DNA from: Phallusia mammillata
Taxonomy: Eukaryota
Length of the DNA stretch: 64,000 bases
Reading direction: 5' to 3'
Assembly (NCBI GenBank): GCA_965637545.1
Contig: OZ281500.1
Coordinates: 8,866,001 to 8,930,000 of the forward strand
In this document: in pieces, positions 1 to 13,053 of the stretch
Layout of the letters: the number at the start of each line of letters is the position of its first letter
Numbering within the stretch: position 1 is the stretch's first letter
The notes under the pieces: generated by a model
Database searches by the model: none
The model's input: only the letters and a program-made list of their open reading frames with translations
Told to the model about the DNA's origin: nothing
Program-made: the position numbers and the translations under genes

Positions 1-118
1 TCAGTCCTGAATTTAAGGCTGTTTGTTGAATACCCGAACCCGGTCCGACGTACAACTCAGGTCGACGCTAATACCAGTGCTCAAATCCCCACCGTTAACT
101 GACCTATATTGTATAAAG

Positions 119-444
119 CTGACAACGGCACGATCCATATGTGGGACTGGCGAACGGGATACAACTTTCAACGTACGAAAGCCCCAGTGCAGCCTGGATC
201 CCTTGATAGCGAGAGCGGAGTGTTTGCGATGGCTTTCGACAAGAGCGAGAGTCGATTAATCACGTGCGAAGCCGACAAAACCATTAAAATCTACAAAGAA
301 GATGACGAAGCGGTAAGCAGCACCAGTATTTGTATCACCAAAATGGTGAAATTTCGTCAAAATTGTGTTTTGTTTATCTCGTAGAGTGAAGAAACTCATC
401 CCGTACAGTGGAAACCTGAAATCCTGCGCAAGAAACGCTTCTGA
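119..444 (+). CDS. PLRG1: Pleiotropic regulator 1 (PRP19/NTC WD40 protein), last two exons (119-312, 385-444); 5' part outside window
   Basis: Exons translate to [65 protein letters not shown]|[19 protein letters not shown], the characteristic PLRG1/Prp46 C-terminus. Intron 313-384 is GT..AG and in frame. Confidence 0.95.
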
Positions 445-845
445 GGAGAAATGTATTTTTACGCATTCTTTCCATTGGAAATGCCAGTCGCTGGAGTGAC
501 GTTTTACGGCCACCTTACAAACTTTACAAGCCTAATGTTGTGCGACATGTTTGAGTGACAGTTGGGTTCAAACTTTTGTGGTCGTATATTGCACTGTCAT
601 TGTGGGGGAGGTCAACAATTTCCCGATCCTGGTAATCGTTGGTTAGGGGACAATTGACCTAACATTGATGACATTAGCCCATGTCTATAAAATCACTTTG
701 TGAATACCAAATACCGTACATTTGTTTTATTACAATATCTTGGCGACGCCCAGCAAATACCGCGTTTTACGTGCAGTCGTTAAGCAGTGTCAGTTCCAGT
801 TCAAAAAACTCATTCCACATTCTTTTTTACTTGCGTAATCCTGTG

Positions 846-2249
846 TTAGTTGATGATGGTGCAAGTGCGACAGGCCATTCGACCCTCCTTCAGGTTAAGC
901 GAGGCAAACAAAAGGCGAATCATCCAGTGGTAGTTGTTAATAAACGCTAGAGGTGGGTTGGTGTTTTGAGACTTCAATTCATCATCCCACCTATTTAAAA
1001 ACTCTGCTTTATCCGTGGTATCCGCCGGCTGTTCTTGAACCTGTGCCACCAATGCTATCCGTACCTTGTTGGTAACGTTTTGGCATGCGTGTTGACGCTG
1101 TCCATTTTTAGTCTGCTTTTGTGATTGCTTTCGACGGTTAATACAGCGAATGCATTTTGGTAAACAACGCTGACCTGCGTCGCCCTTGCCCTGCAGATGT
1201 CTGTACTTGGCTTGGGTTTTATTTCCGTTGACTATTAACTGTCTATAGTCGAGAATATTTGCGGGCCATTGTGCATCTTCAGCAACCAAGTCACACAAAT
1301 TAGTTTGAATCGGGATCGAGCCCACAATTTCGCGAAAGTGAAACAAATAGTCACGCCCTTCAATAGGTTTCGGAGGACTCATTTTCAAATTCCATTTTTT
1401 GCTAGGTATATGAGGCACAAAGAATACAGTTTTTGAACCCGCATTATAGCTTGGATTTAGTTTCGTGTCCGGTTTTGGGGCTTTAGTTGTTCTCAACCGT
1501 AATTGTTCGCAAGATGATTTCTCTGCAATGTTTGCAAATAAATTTTTGCTCTTTAAGTCTTGCTCTTTGGATTTCTTACACAGCTGAAGCGTTTCTTCAG
1601 CATCATGATTATTACTTTCCATATTGATATGGATCCGTGCAGGACGCTTTACACCTCTTCGGAGCATAGACATAACTTTCGTATGAAGCCGGTGCATGGC
1701 CGTACGACTGTCAATACACTCTGATACGCCGTTATTGCTTTTGCCTGGCTTCCAACATCGACCCGGAGGCGAGTATAGTGGCTTTCCGGCCTTGTAGTCC
1801 ATGAGTAGTTTTGTAATTCCCACCGGTTCTTCGTTAGCTTTAAAAGCACGAAAACAGCGTGGGTCTGTAGCTGAGGCTCTAACTACAGCTGCAAACGTAG
1901 GTTTTGTCTCTTCACTGCCAGTATTCTTTTCTTGCGTAAGAGAACACTGCGTGTGATCCCAAATCGATTTTAGGGTAGTCAATCGACGTTGCTCTGGGCT
2001 AAGTTGGGATGGGCGACTAATATTTATCGTTGAGCAGTCATTTTCAATTTCGACGTCTTTTTTAAGGATTGACCTTGCTGGTTTCATTGTTTTAAGATTT
2101 CTAATTGGGTCATTTTTGTTCACAAACATTGTGTACCGTTGCTTCCCCTTCGTGATGGATACCACTTTAACTTTACAATCACCTGAGCAGGAATTTACTT
2201 CAGGTACAGACTTGTAGACTGAACGCTTAGATTTAGCCATTTTTGTCAC
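846..2249 (-). CDS. Uncharacterised basic protein, long single-exon ORF (467 codons; ATG at 2240 or, if 2183-2271 is a 5'UTR intron, at 2129)
   Basis: 1.4 kb stop-free frame in AT-rich DNA; minus-strand AATAAA at 726-731, about 115 nt past the stop. No family recognised. RSILKK and KTVFF resemble PP1 SILK and RVxF motifs. Confidence 0.7.
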   Translation of the reverse strand: MTKMAKSKRSVYKSVPEVNSCSGDCKVKVVSITKGKQRYTMFVNKNDPIRNLKTMKPARSILKKDVEIENDCSTINISRPSQLSPEQRRLTTLKSIWDHTQCSLTQEKNTGSEETKPTFAAVVRASATDPRCFRAFKANEEPVGITKLLMDYKAGKPLYSPPGRCWKPGKSNNGVSECIDSRTAMHRLHTKVMSMLRRGVKRPARIHINMESNNHDAEETLQLCKKSKEQDLKSKNLFANIAEKSSCEQLRLRTTKAPKPDTKLNPSYNAGSKTVFFVPHIPSKKWNLKMSPPKPIEGRDYLFHFREIVGSIPIQTNLCDLVAEDAQWPANILDYRQLIVNGNKTQAKYRHLQGKGDAGQRCLPKCIRCINRRKQSQKQTKNGQRQHACQNVTNKVRIALVAQVQEQPADTTDKAEFLNRWDDELKSQNTNPPLAFINNYHWMIRLLFASLNLKEGRMACRTCTIIN

Positions 2250-2811
2250 TTAAATCAAGTCGAAGACTTACCTTAATAGACAACAAAATTTCATTTACTA
2301 AAAAAATACGTTCTCACGTGCAATAAATAAACCTGTCACTTATGCCCAGCTATAAACTTTTTGACTGTCTTAGGAAAACCATTGTTATCTTTTGTTTTTG
2401 TGCATTTGCCAAAACAATCATCACTTAGTGACGACAGACAACAACGAAACACGTTATTTGCAGATGATTTCTAAGTTAAATGTAGCGGAACGGCAACCTT
2501 TGAACCTTTAAACTTATGTTTTGATGCCGGGACATTTAATCTTGGAGTTTTGTTTTGTTTAAAGTGATTTTCATTGCTCTGATTTTGTCAGTTTTTAAGC
2601 CAGGATTTTCTAAGTTCGCATTTACTGTAAAGTTTGCTTACATGATTGGAATTGTAGGACTTTTTGTTTACTGTTAGGAGCATAAGTGGCAGTAATATCT
2701 TTTATTCGATGTGATTCAACTAAAGCAAACTGTGTGTGGCGTTTTTCCACTGTGCATGTTGGAGAGTTTTTGCTTTTTTTTGAAGTTTACCATTCTACAT
2801 GCTGCAAAACA

Positions 2812-5800
2812 ATGTCTGGAATCACCAAAGAGCAACAGGAAAGGATGGAAGCAAGTCGACAACGAGCTTTAGCCATCAAGGCTGCTAAATTGGCAAGTGC
2901 TGACAAACACACAAACCAACTGAACACTCTTAAAGCAAAAACTGTTGCTAAAAGTCAAAGTATTGCTAAAAGCAGTATTGCATCTCCATTTAAATGTTCT
3001 GCAATTGGAGGAAACAGGTTTTTGGTGTGCTGCGCTTACAATGCAAAGTATGTGACCATCTTCAAAAGCATATCATCCAGGCGTTTTGATCCCGAGTCAA
3101 AAGGATGGTCATTTGATATGGATGATTTTACAGCCCTTGGTAAGTTAATGTTTCAGCCAATGCATGCATACTTTGTAACACTATTGCTTTTCAGAAAATA
3201 AACTTAAAAACATTGGTCAAGTTTTGCCAAATTTGAACAATGGGGTTCTGGTAAAATCTACAGAATCAACATTGTCAACAGTTCCTTTAAATGATGTCTG
3301 TAGAGGATTGTAAGTAAAATTATCAACCTTATCTTTCTGATGTTGTTTTTTCAAATAGATAGCTGCAACTCATTTTATAAAATGATTTTTAGGTGTGTTC
3401 TAATATGTCGCCAAAGATTTGAAATTGATATTCCCTATAACAACATATGTATTGAGATGTTTAAGACTCAACCATCAAGGGAATATGATGCCAAAACACG
3501 AAGATGGAACTTTGCTTTATCAGATTATCCTAAACTTAGTACGTAGCCTTTTTGTCTCTTTTCTTATATTTGCATTCATCACAGATGACATACTAACTTG
3601 TTTTTAGTGTCTGGTCTTGCAAAAGAAGCCAGCATTTATGTTGAACCACTTTCCTCAACTGTTCTTCAAGTCTTTAAAGATCAAATGTTGGGAAAACAAG
3701 CAGAAATATCTAAACCAGAATTTGACCTTTTTGATATAGATCAGAAAATTGTGTCTTCACTGATGCCATTTCAAAAAGATGGTGTTAAGTATGAGTGTTT
3801 TGTTGTGGCATTAATAATAATAATCTAGAAACTAGTCTGAAGCCATGTTGATTAAATATTGCAGCTTTGCAATATCAAGAAATGGAAGGATTTTGTTGGC
3901 TGATGATATGGGTTTGGGCAAAACAGTTCAAAGTATCTGCATTGCAGCGTACTACATGGAAAAGTGGCCCTTACTTATTATTTGTCCTTCTTCTGTGCGA
4001 CTTATGTGGAAAGAGGTATAACGATCTCATAGAAAATAAAGATTATACTTTTTAAATGCTTTTTCACTTGTTTTTACAGGCATTGCTGAAGTGGTTGCCA
4101 AGTCAGGTTTTTGATGATGATATTCAGCTTGTCCTTACTGGCCGAGATTTTACATCAGAGGAATACAAAGTTACCATAGTTAGCTATGATCTACTGAACA
4201 AAAAGCAAAAGCAGTTTGCATCAAAACAATATGGAGTTGTTATATTGGTAAAAATTGTTTTTGAGAAATGTTTGAGCATTAATGCAAGGTCAAGAAATTG
4301 TGTTCCAAGTTCAACATCCTATTATCGTTTTGATTCTTTCTTTCTTAGGACGAATCCCACTTCATCAAGAACTTTAAAACAGCTCGAGCCAAAGCTGCTA
4401 CAGCTGTATTGAAAAACGCTCAGCACGTTTTGCTGCTGTCTGGAACACCAGCTTTATCACGACCTGCTGAACTTTACACTCAACTTTCTGTTGTGCGTCC
4501 TGATTTATTTCCATACTTTCATGATTTTGGTGTTCGGTACTGCGCAGCCAAAAAGGTAAAGTAGAAACGGAGGTTATTATTTTACTATACAGTAAACATC
4601 CTTTATAAAGTTTTGTTAAGAATATATAATGCACGTTAAAATGCATTTAAGCTAGTATTAAATGTAAGCAAACTTGTATTCTCCTTTGTGGTAAGAATAT
4701 GTAAACAACATTTCTTCCTGTTTTAGATACATCTGCTCACACAAAACCCTTTCAAAATTGCAATACCCAGTTTGGTTAAATTTGCCTTTCTTGGTTTCTA
4801 TAGAATCCCTGGGGTTGGGAATACACGGGTTCTTCGAACATGAACGAGCTTCGTCTGGTCTTGCAAGAAACGATCATGCTCCGTCGCACCAAGGAAGACG
4901 TTCTCACACAACTTCCTCCTAAACTTCGACGCTCTGTGGCATTAGATGTGGGCAAAGTGAAAACCTCGTCACAACAACAAAAAGCAATAGAAGAAGTAAA
5001 AAATGCAGTAAAACAAAAAGGATTGTCGGTGAGAATACCGTTTGATTTGACTGTGATTTCTCAACCTTTTTTCCTGTACTGCCCCTTTTACGTCAACGTA
5101 ATTAATAAACGCCCACCATAAAATTTCACGATAGACATCAAATCGATAATATTACGGATAATGAAATATTGGAGATAATCGTGTACTCCGTTTAATCCAA
5201 CGTTCGTTTATTCCGGATAATCAAATATTCCGTTCAATCGAATATTCCGGAGAATCGAATATTCTGTTGAATCGAATATTACGGTTAATCGAATATTCCG
5301 TTTATTTGAATATTCCGGATAATCGAATATTCCGTTCAATCGAATATTCCGTTTAGCCGAATATTTTGGATATTTGAAAATTCCGTTCAATCGAATATTC
5401 CGGATAATCGAATATTCCGTTTAATCGAATATTCCGTTTAATCATATTCGAATATTCCGGATAATCGAGTATTTCGTCTAATCGAATATTCCGGATAATC
5501 GAGTATTCCGGATAATCGAATATTTCGGTTGATCAAATATTCCTGATAATCAAGTATTCTGTTTAAACGAATATTCCGGTTCGATATTTGAATAGTCCGT
5601 TTAATCCAGTCTTTCTCAACCTTTTTTCCTCTACCGTCCCCTTTAGGTCTGCATAATTTATAAACGCCCCCCTTATAGCTGACAAAAATCAAAACGATTT
5701 TATTTCACGTACAATATAAATGCGATAATTTAGAGGCAACTCTTTAATCTATATTTTGGCACTTATAATAACATGCTAATGGTTAATCAACATGATATCA

Positions 5801-8800
5801 CTGCAGACAGTGCTCATTGCTTTTAACTTGGTTCCAGTGATGGGCCAAAACTGCAATTGTTTGGTCGAGCATCTTATTTTAACGCTTGGTGCCCGGTCGA
5901 ACACGCTCGGTGTATTGTGACGGTCACACACCTTTACACGGTGGTTTTTACTTATTTTAAGGCCCCTTTCTAGCCCTTCTGCGTAGCATATGACTGATGA
6001 GGTTAGCCGACGATAAGTGAAATAAACAGAAACTAATTGAAAGCACTTTTGAGTAAGCGTGTTCCCACTATTCGACAATTTTAAAAACAGTCACGTTTAT
6101 TCTTGGGGACCCAACTTTGGTATGTCAGCAGTGAACAAATCACACGTTGAATTGTGATGTCACCAAACCCGTTTGTGACTTGCCTGTTACACTATTGTGT
6201 AATAAGTAGGTAATCCATTCATATTTGCAGTGATTGTCTAACGCTCGGCTTAGTTACTGCGACCGAGCACAAGCCAAGCACAACTCAATTACTACCTGCA
6301 AATTTTGACCGACAAATAACGCACTGTGATTTGCACAAAATGCATTATGACATCATCGTGATCTGCTCTATCTTTTCCCAGCGCCCCCTAATCGCCCATT
6401 TATTCTGCAGCGCCCCCTTGTTGATAGCAAACGCCCCCAGGGACACGCCGGCGCCCCCGTTGAGAACTACTTGATTAGACGTTTATTTACATGTACAAGT
6501 GTGTATTGTTGTTGTAAGTGCCGTATATCATACAAATTAAGCTACTATGTTGGAAATGTATTTTCTATTTATACATTCACGTAAAAGCTCGGTAGCGCAA
6601 TAACAGTCACGAATTATAGGTTTTAGCCTATCGGTATTTAAAAAAAAACAATTAAATTTGGCCCGGGGCCCGATACAATACAATTCATATACGTTTTTGT
6701 CAGTTATAAAAAGTTATGAACGCGAAACCACTTTATTATATTATGATAGTCTAAAATACCCTCTACACTTACAGGCGCTTGAAAAGCATGGCATTCTGCT
6801 ACAATACTTCAACGAAACAGCTCATTTGAAGTTGCCAGCTGTCAAGGCGTATGTCGTGGACATGCTTGAATCTGACAGAAAATTTCTGCTCTTCGCGCAT
6901 CACAAGATGGTGCTAGACAGCATAGGTCAAGACCTAGACAAAAAGGTATGACCTCAAGTACCTGTATTAATTTACTGTAATGGTCATCTAAATCTGTTAA
7001 CTGTTTTTGGTTTGTGTGTGTTCTACTTAGAAATGCGAATACATACGTATTGACGGCAACACTCCTTCCGAACGGCGCCAAAGGGAAGTTACAAGATTCC
7101 AGGAAAAGTCGTGCTGCAAGGTGGCGCTCCTGAGTATCACAGCTGCAAACATGGGAATTACCCTGAACGCAGCGTCCCTTGTTATTTTTGCCGAGTTATT
7201 TTGGAATCCTGGGGTACGCAACGTTTATTGTGGCTACGTGTCGTTTACTTCTTTGTTGTGCCACTATGTACATGCAGTGTTGCTTTTTGTGTGGTTGTTG
7301 AAGATGATAATCTGCTTCCACAGTAAGTAGTAGCTATGCAGTTCTCCAGCAATTAAGCAAACCACCTTTTTTAAAATATTTGTTTGTTTGAAAACCAGTC
7401 AATATGTAGCTTTTGAAAAGTTGATATAACGTGCCTATTGAGGTCCAAATCGCTGTATGTGTCAAATCATTAACCATGGCTTTATCACAAAGGGTCTAAC
7501 GATTGAGTCATAACATCAACACAAAGTTGCCTATTTTTCTCTCTCATAGATCCTGGTTCAGGCGGAGGATCGGTGTTACCGCATCGGACAACGAGACGTG
7601 GTTAACGTTCATTATCTTGTTGCGAAGGGAACGGCGGATGACTACATTTGGCAGGTGCTGGCGGTGAATCATGCAAATGTTTTTGCCCGCGGTGAAAACT
7701 ATGTGTTAAAACACTTTAGCCTAAGTCGATACACCACCCGATGAATAATCATGTACAAAATATAATGTTACCTAGATAACTTTTGTCAAAACTATCCGTA
7801 CGTCTTTTGTATCATTTTGGCTTCGTTTGTAAAAATGCAAGTGGTTTGAAGAATTATGTAGGCACACATGTAATTTTGTTAATAAACAAATGCACACCAT
7901 AAAAGGCAGCCAAAGCTTGAAGTGTAGGTAACTAGGACATCTTTATCTTTTATAGACAGAAATCAACATATAAATTTACACTGTTTTATTATGCAGATGG
8001 TCAAAGACAAACTGGAAGTGTTGGGCAAAGCCGGTCTCAACAAAACCAACTTTGAAGACGCAGAAAGCCACGTGGCGAAAGTTCCCAAGCAAAATGACCT
8101 TCTCAACTATTTCCAAGTACGGCTCGCGTAATCGAAAAACTAAATTTGCCAAATCTGGTGATTTCCGAATTTGCGTTACAAATGATGCACAGGAAATCGA
8201 CTATGTGATGGAAAATTAGTTTCAAGAAATGTCATGCGTTGTAGTCTTGTCGAAGCGCTTTTATGATCACAATCACAAAAAATCTGTTGGACTCCATTTT
8301 TAGGTATCACGTGATGCGAATGAAAATCCTGCCGAGGTTGGTGATGACGTCACAGATGAAGATCTTCTGCTTTTGGAGGCATTAGAAAAAGTTGAATCGA
8401 ATTCAGATAGGTATCGAATTTTACCCATGTTGTAACACAGAGGTTCTCAACCTTTTTCGTCTTATACATCTTTTGCGAAGACAAAATCTTGCCTTCATGG
8501 TTTACTGAAAGAAGTCATGTCTTAGGGAATGTCAATCTCATATTCTTATAGTTACATCCAAGAAATATTTACCCTTCTCCGGTGTAACACGTGAAATACG
8601 ATTTTACCCTTTCATTAGCCTGCAAAAGTGATTCTCAAACGCGGCTCAGGGCCACATGCGGCTCCCAACTACTTATTTTGCGACTCGCACCAGACCTCAG
8701 AAAACCACCAAAGATTGCTATTTTAGCTTTCAAGGAAATTATCTTTAGTGATTTTCTGAGGTCTCGTTTTTTTTGCGGCTTCTTACAGACTTAAAGAACT

Positions 8801-9204
8801 ACCATTTCACCCAAAACAATAAAAAAGTTTGAGAACCACTACTCCAACTGAACCGAAATGACTTTTTACAATTGTCACGTAACTATTAAATGACGTTTAA
8901 CCACCGGGCACGTGTTGTGACTTGCTTCCTCTGATTATTACATCACTGTGTACGCGCGGGTGTTTGGCGTCAATGATCGTGATGTATAAATAACACGGTT
9001 TATCGCAGCACACCTCTGACGACGTCTGAACATGGCCGCAAGGGTTGTGACGTCATCGAGACGGACGACCGCCCGCGGCCACAAACGCTGAAACGGGAGA
9101 AAAAGATAAACGGAGGCCAATCGCGGGAAAAACGACGAAAAACACGGAAGTCACCCGTAAAGAACAATACGGCCTCAGCCAAAGTACCACCTACATGGCC
9201 TTAG
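2812..9204 (+). CDS. SMARCAL1: SWI/SNF-related annealing helicase SMARCAL1 (HARP), multi-exon
   Basis: N-terminal RPA-binding motif [21 protein letters not shown], two HARP domains, and SNF2 motifs [42 protein letters not shown] across GT-AG exons. Last exon 9009-9204 is in phase with donor 8410/8411 and followed by AATAAA at 9272. Unspliced read-through would stop at 8435. Confidence 0.95.
5052..6472. mobile_element. Old/composite hAT-type non-autonomous element (CAGTGTTTCTCAAC-type ends)
   Basis: Two left-end-like sequences (~5052 and 5607) and a right end GTTGAGAACTAC (6459-6470). Flanks GATTTGAC/GATTAGAC match 7/8. Confidence 0.45.
5185..5606. repeat. Degenerate ~14-17 bp tandem array (AATCGAATATTCCG core) in a SMARCAL1 intron
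   Basis: About 15 GAATATT cores plus variants; each unit contains the palindrome GAATATTC. Confidence 0.9.
8438..8841. mobile_element. Degraded hAT MITE
   Basis: Ends CAGAGGTTCTCAAC ... TTTGAGAACCACT; no intact TSD. Confidence 0.55.
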
Positions 9205-9460
9205 GATTTGACTTTTTTTTCTTTTGGTTACACGATTATTCCACTTACTTCCACTGTCTTTCGTTATAATGAATAAAGATCACCTTTCTGCACCGCAAAA
9301 TTGCTTTATTGTGTGGTTTCCCATAGAGAATTGCACAAAAAGAAATAACATTTAAAAGCGAAAAAATAATCAGTTTCTAAAGCAGTCAACGCTCTGCTGT
9401 TGCGCACTGGTCAATATAGCGAAAGGGATTTTAAAGGAACAAGAAATACGACCTTGTCGG

Positions 9461-12400
9461 TCATCCAAGAAACGCACAACGTCCTTGATAACACCGGTTG
9501 TTCGTGACCCGCGTTCTAAACCCTCCAATGCAATTCCTCTGGTTCGGTTTGCACCATATCCGTTCGATAAAGCGACAATACGTTTGGTCGCAATGCGTGT
9601 GTACTATGTCGCTTTCACATGGCCCCTTGCAGTCGTCAGTTTCAATTTCACTGCCATCTTGACACGGAAGGTGGCTAACCTGGAAACACCGCCTGTGCCT
9701 TGTTTTGGTTCCATCTTTTCTGCATTCCGCGCTGCAAGCCGTCCACGCCCCCCAATTAGAGTATAATGGACAAACTCCGGAATTACAGGGTTTTGATTCC
9801 TCTGCATTCCCGGGACATTTTCCTGGACCACCCGGGCAAGTACGAATTCTCTTCTGTTCACCGCCGCCGCACGACTTACTGCATTCGCCCCACGGTGACC
9901 ATGTTACCCAGCCAGTGCACGATTGTGTGTTGCAGAATTGACTCTCTTCGTCAATCGACGCGCAGCTGCCACCAACACAGCGTCGTTGCCTTGTGCTGGT
10001 GCCGTTACCACACGAAAACGTGCACGGACCCCATGATCCCCACCCGGCCAGATAGGAAGCAACCCCAGATCGTATCGTACCGGAGAGTTCTTCTTTGGGG
10101 ATGTAGCACAATGGTTTATCGCAACAAGTCTCATAGCTACCCTTCAAAACAGGAAAAAAAGTCCATTGAAAAGGAAGGTACGGACATGGTAGGACTATAG
10201 GCGGCGGAATTTGGAGCTGCAAGGGACTGTTAAAGAAATTTAATAGTAAGGCTGATGTTGCAAAGCCCGAACCGCTTAAACTGGCAGTAATCGACGCAAG
10301 GTTGGCCCCAGGTGGAAGTTCATCGTCGCCTCCAGTATTCGGAAGGTTTCCGCTTCTTCCTGATACTTCACTGGCATTGGTGCCTAGATCTGGGTACACT
10401 CCATTGCCCGTGTATCTTGGACCACTTGCAGCTTGAAACAAACCAAACCGTCTTCCCACTGGTTCGGAAGCCGCCTCGGGTGCTGGGGTGGTATGGTCCG
10501 AAAGGTTGAAAGCAAACGGCACAACCCTTATCCTGGCACCTTCCGGGAGGTTGAGCTGACTGCCAAGGGGAAACACGGCACCAAAAAACTTCTCAGTTAG
10601 ATTACGTTTATCAGCAATTACCTCGTCCGCTAACTTTTTCCAGTTATCGGCGCGGACTTGGCCAGATTTCACCATTTTCCAAAAGTGAAACTGTAAATGT
10701 AGAGGAAGATAGGAAAATACAGTGTTTATGATTTCTTTCTGGACGCGACTACCAGCAACACCAACGGCACAACCTGCTGATAAACATGAGTTGTATTGAT
10801 CAAGAAAGTATTCTGCAGCAGAATCGTCTTTCAGTTCTTGGCACTTGGGCTGCCCTGATGGCAAAAAGATTTCTGGGATATCTGTCTTATTGTCGTTTAG
10901 AGATCTCGTTGTTGTGATTTCTGTATCCATTGGGTACACACATATGTTGTTTCGCCAACATCCGTCGATTAGGTAGCAATCCGTTTCGTTGATGCCTAGA
11001 CAGCAATAACTCGCTTTTATATACTGTTTCAACTAACTTATGTTTTACGATGAAGAATAGTGTTTGGAAACTTATGAAAAAAAACCTAAACCCCTAAAGT
11101 CAATTTTAAGTACATTTTGAAACCATACTTGTAAACTAGTACAAGAAATGTTTCTAAAACCAAAAAATAATGAAATACCCTTAAAACATATATATTGGTA
11201 AATATAATCAGCGGTTAAATTACAGACAAAAAAACCTGGATCAAGTAAAAGATAGCAACAAATATATTTTGGGTGTTTTTAATTATAGCCCACGTATTCA
11301 AGTTCTTACTTGGCCATCCTGCCAGTTTTGGTTTGATACCAAAATGTTCCAGGACATTGATCATGTAACATCCAGGTCTGTTAGCCATCGTCTCATTACG
11401 GAATTCTTTAAGCACGCACTTCGCCAGCGACGGTGCCCAAGGTCCATGCTGTGCAAGTTTTGTTTTTGTCAGAAAATTTAATTTGACAGTCTTTTTACTA
11501 CAGGAAACAGTAAAAACTTGTTGCCATCAAATTTGGTGTTTTATATCGCCGTTATCAGAAGGTTTTACATCCTATTTTCATGCTCCCTCAAACATGTTGC
11601 AAATATTTCAGCACATTTTTTCGAACTAAACTAAAGTCTAAACCGGTGCTGGGACGGTATCAACCTCGCGAATACATATATTTAACTTTGTCAAAAAGGT
11701 AAATGAAGGCGTCCGTTTTGGTTAGGGTCAAGAATCATTTTGTTAGTTGTTTATGGAATGTTTTTGTCCAGATTTTACACAGTAGATGTATCTTCATTAT
11801 AAAACAGGTTCGTTTACCTCAGCAATGTATTCTTGAGCCCGTTTATGAAACGCTTGGTTTCTGATGGCAAGGTGACACACAGGTACACCTGGTACGACAG
11901 CATGTCCAACCGACTCGCGATGAACAAAAAGCTCGAAGTCGAACGCGCATCCAGGATTAAGCAAACACAGTCCAAAATCGCCATCTAGAACATCATTGGT
12001 TGCAGAACAAGGAATTCTGCATTCAATAAAAGCGAAGTCACACAACAATTTTATTTTCTGTGGGAGGTAGTTTTTCAGGGGGTACTATCTTGTTTCTGTC
12101 TATTCTAGCATTGAACTATAAAGAAAACGATTAGGTATCATGATTTTTGTGCGTTTAACTTACTGAAGCCAAGGAGCGGTATTTGGAATTTTCAAAAGGA
12201 AATCTTCATTGATCAAATTACCTTTGACAGTATGGTATGTTGATAGGTGGCTCGATATCAAAAGTCGGCCCTTGCGAATTGCAGTTATCTGGATATTTGA
12301 CGCATCCGATTGGTGGTAGAGGGACAGCTGTTAAGAATAAATGTTTTTCTGCCTGAGGCTATTTGGTTACAGCATGTCGAATTAAAGGTCAGGTATGTAG

Positions 12401-13053
12401 CAACAACGTTTTCCGAAGGCAAGTTGTGGTATTGGAATTAAATTGACACCTCGACAGACACGAGATAAACTATAAACAAGTTGCTTTCCCTTTTTGTGGC
12501 GGGAACTACAACAGCAAGAGCATTAATACAATAGAACACAATCAAATAGCTTACAATTGCGGCAAATTATTGTGAATGATAGCATATTATTGTGTGTCCA
12601 TAACTTACTGAGACTGCGCTCTGCGATGCCAAGACGAGCAAAAATATCTTGTGTAGTAATTTCTGGTTTTGATGGCCTTTCTGCGGAAAAATAGGAAATC
12701 TTAAAATCTCATAGCTGCTTTACAAACTGCAGGACTAATGCCACATACTCGGTATTTTAAGTTGACACTTGTTTCTTTTCCAACAACAATGCTTGGCTTT
12801 GGCACAGTTTGCTGCTCCTTGGATGGCATCACCGGTGCAAACATTTCTGCATTGCAGGGGCGAAGCTAAACCAAAAAGCTCGTTTTATCATCAATTAGGT
12901 TTGAATGTATTAAATAAAAAACTAAAACTTACTGTCTGAACAAGTTCCTTGCGTTTCCAATAGTTTTTGTGCTGGTGATTCGCATGCCTTGCTAGCAGAC
13001 AGTATGGCAAAAAAGACTGCCGTTAAAAAACATAAACGCTCTACCGCGCTCAT
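9461..13053 (-). CDS. Secreted Cys-rich protein with trefoil-like modules and 3 thrombospondin type-1 repeats (paralog A)
   Basis: Exon 1 (ATG 13053) gives signal peptide MSAVERLCFLTAVFFAILSASKA. Internal exons give CRNVC..C..CCW..C, PINIPYCQR, PGCAFD..GVPVC and PGCYMI..PKLAGW. The large last exon carries three WxxWxxCSxxC..R.R.C TSRs. Minus-strand AATAAA at 9305-9310. Confidence 0.88.

Noticed and set aside
5208-5692. ORFs with repeated [13 protein letters not shown]; possible CRISPR-like array
   Set aside because: Products of a stop-poor minisatellite; no unique spacers, eukaryotic intron, no cas genes.
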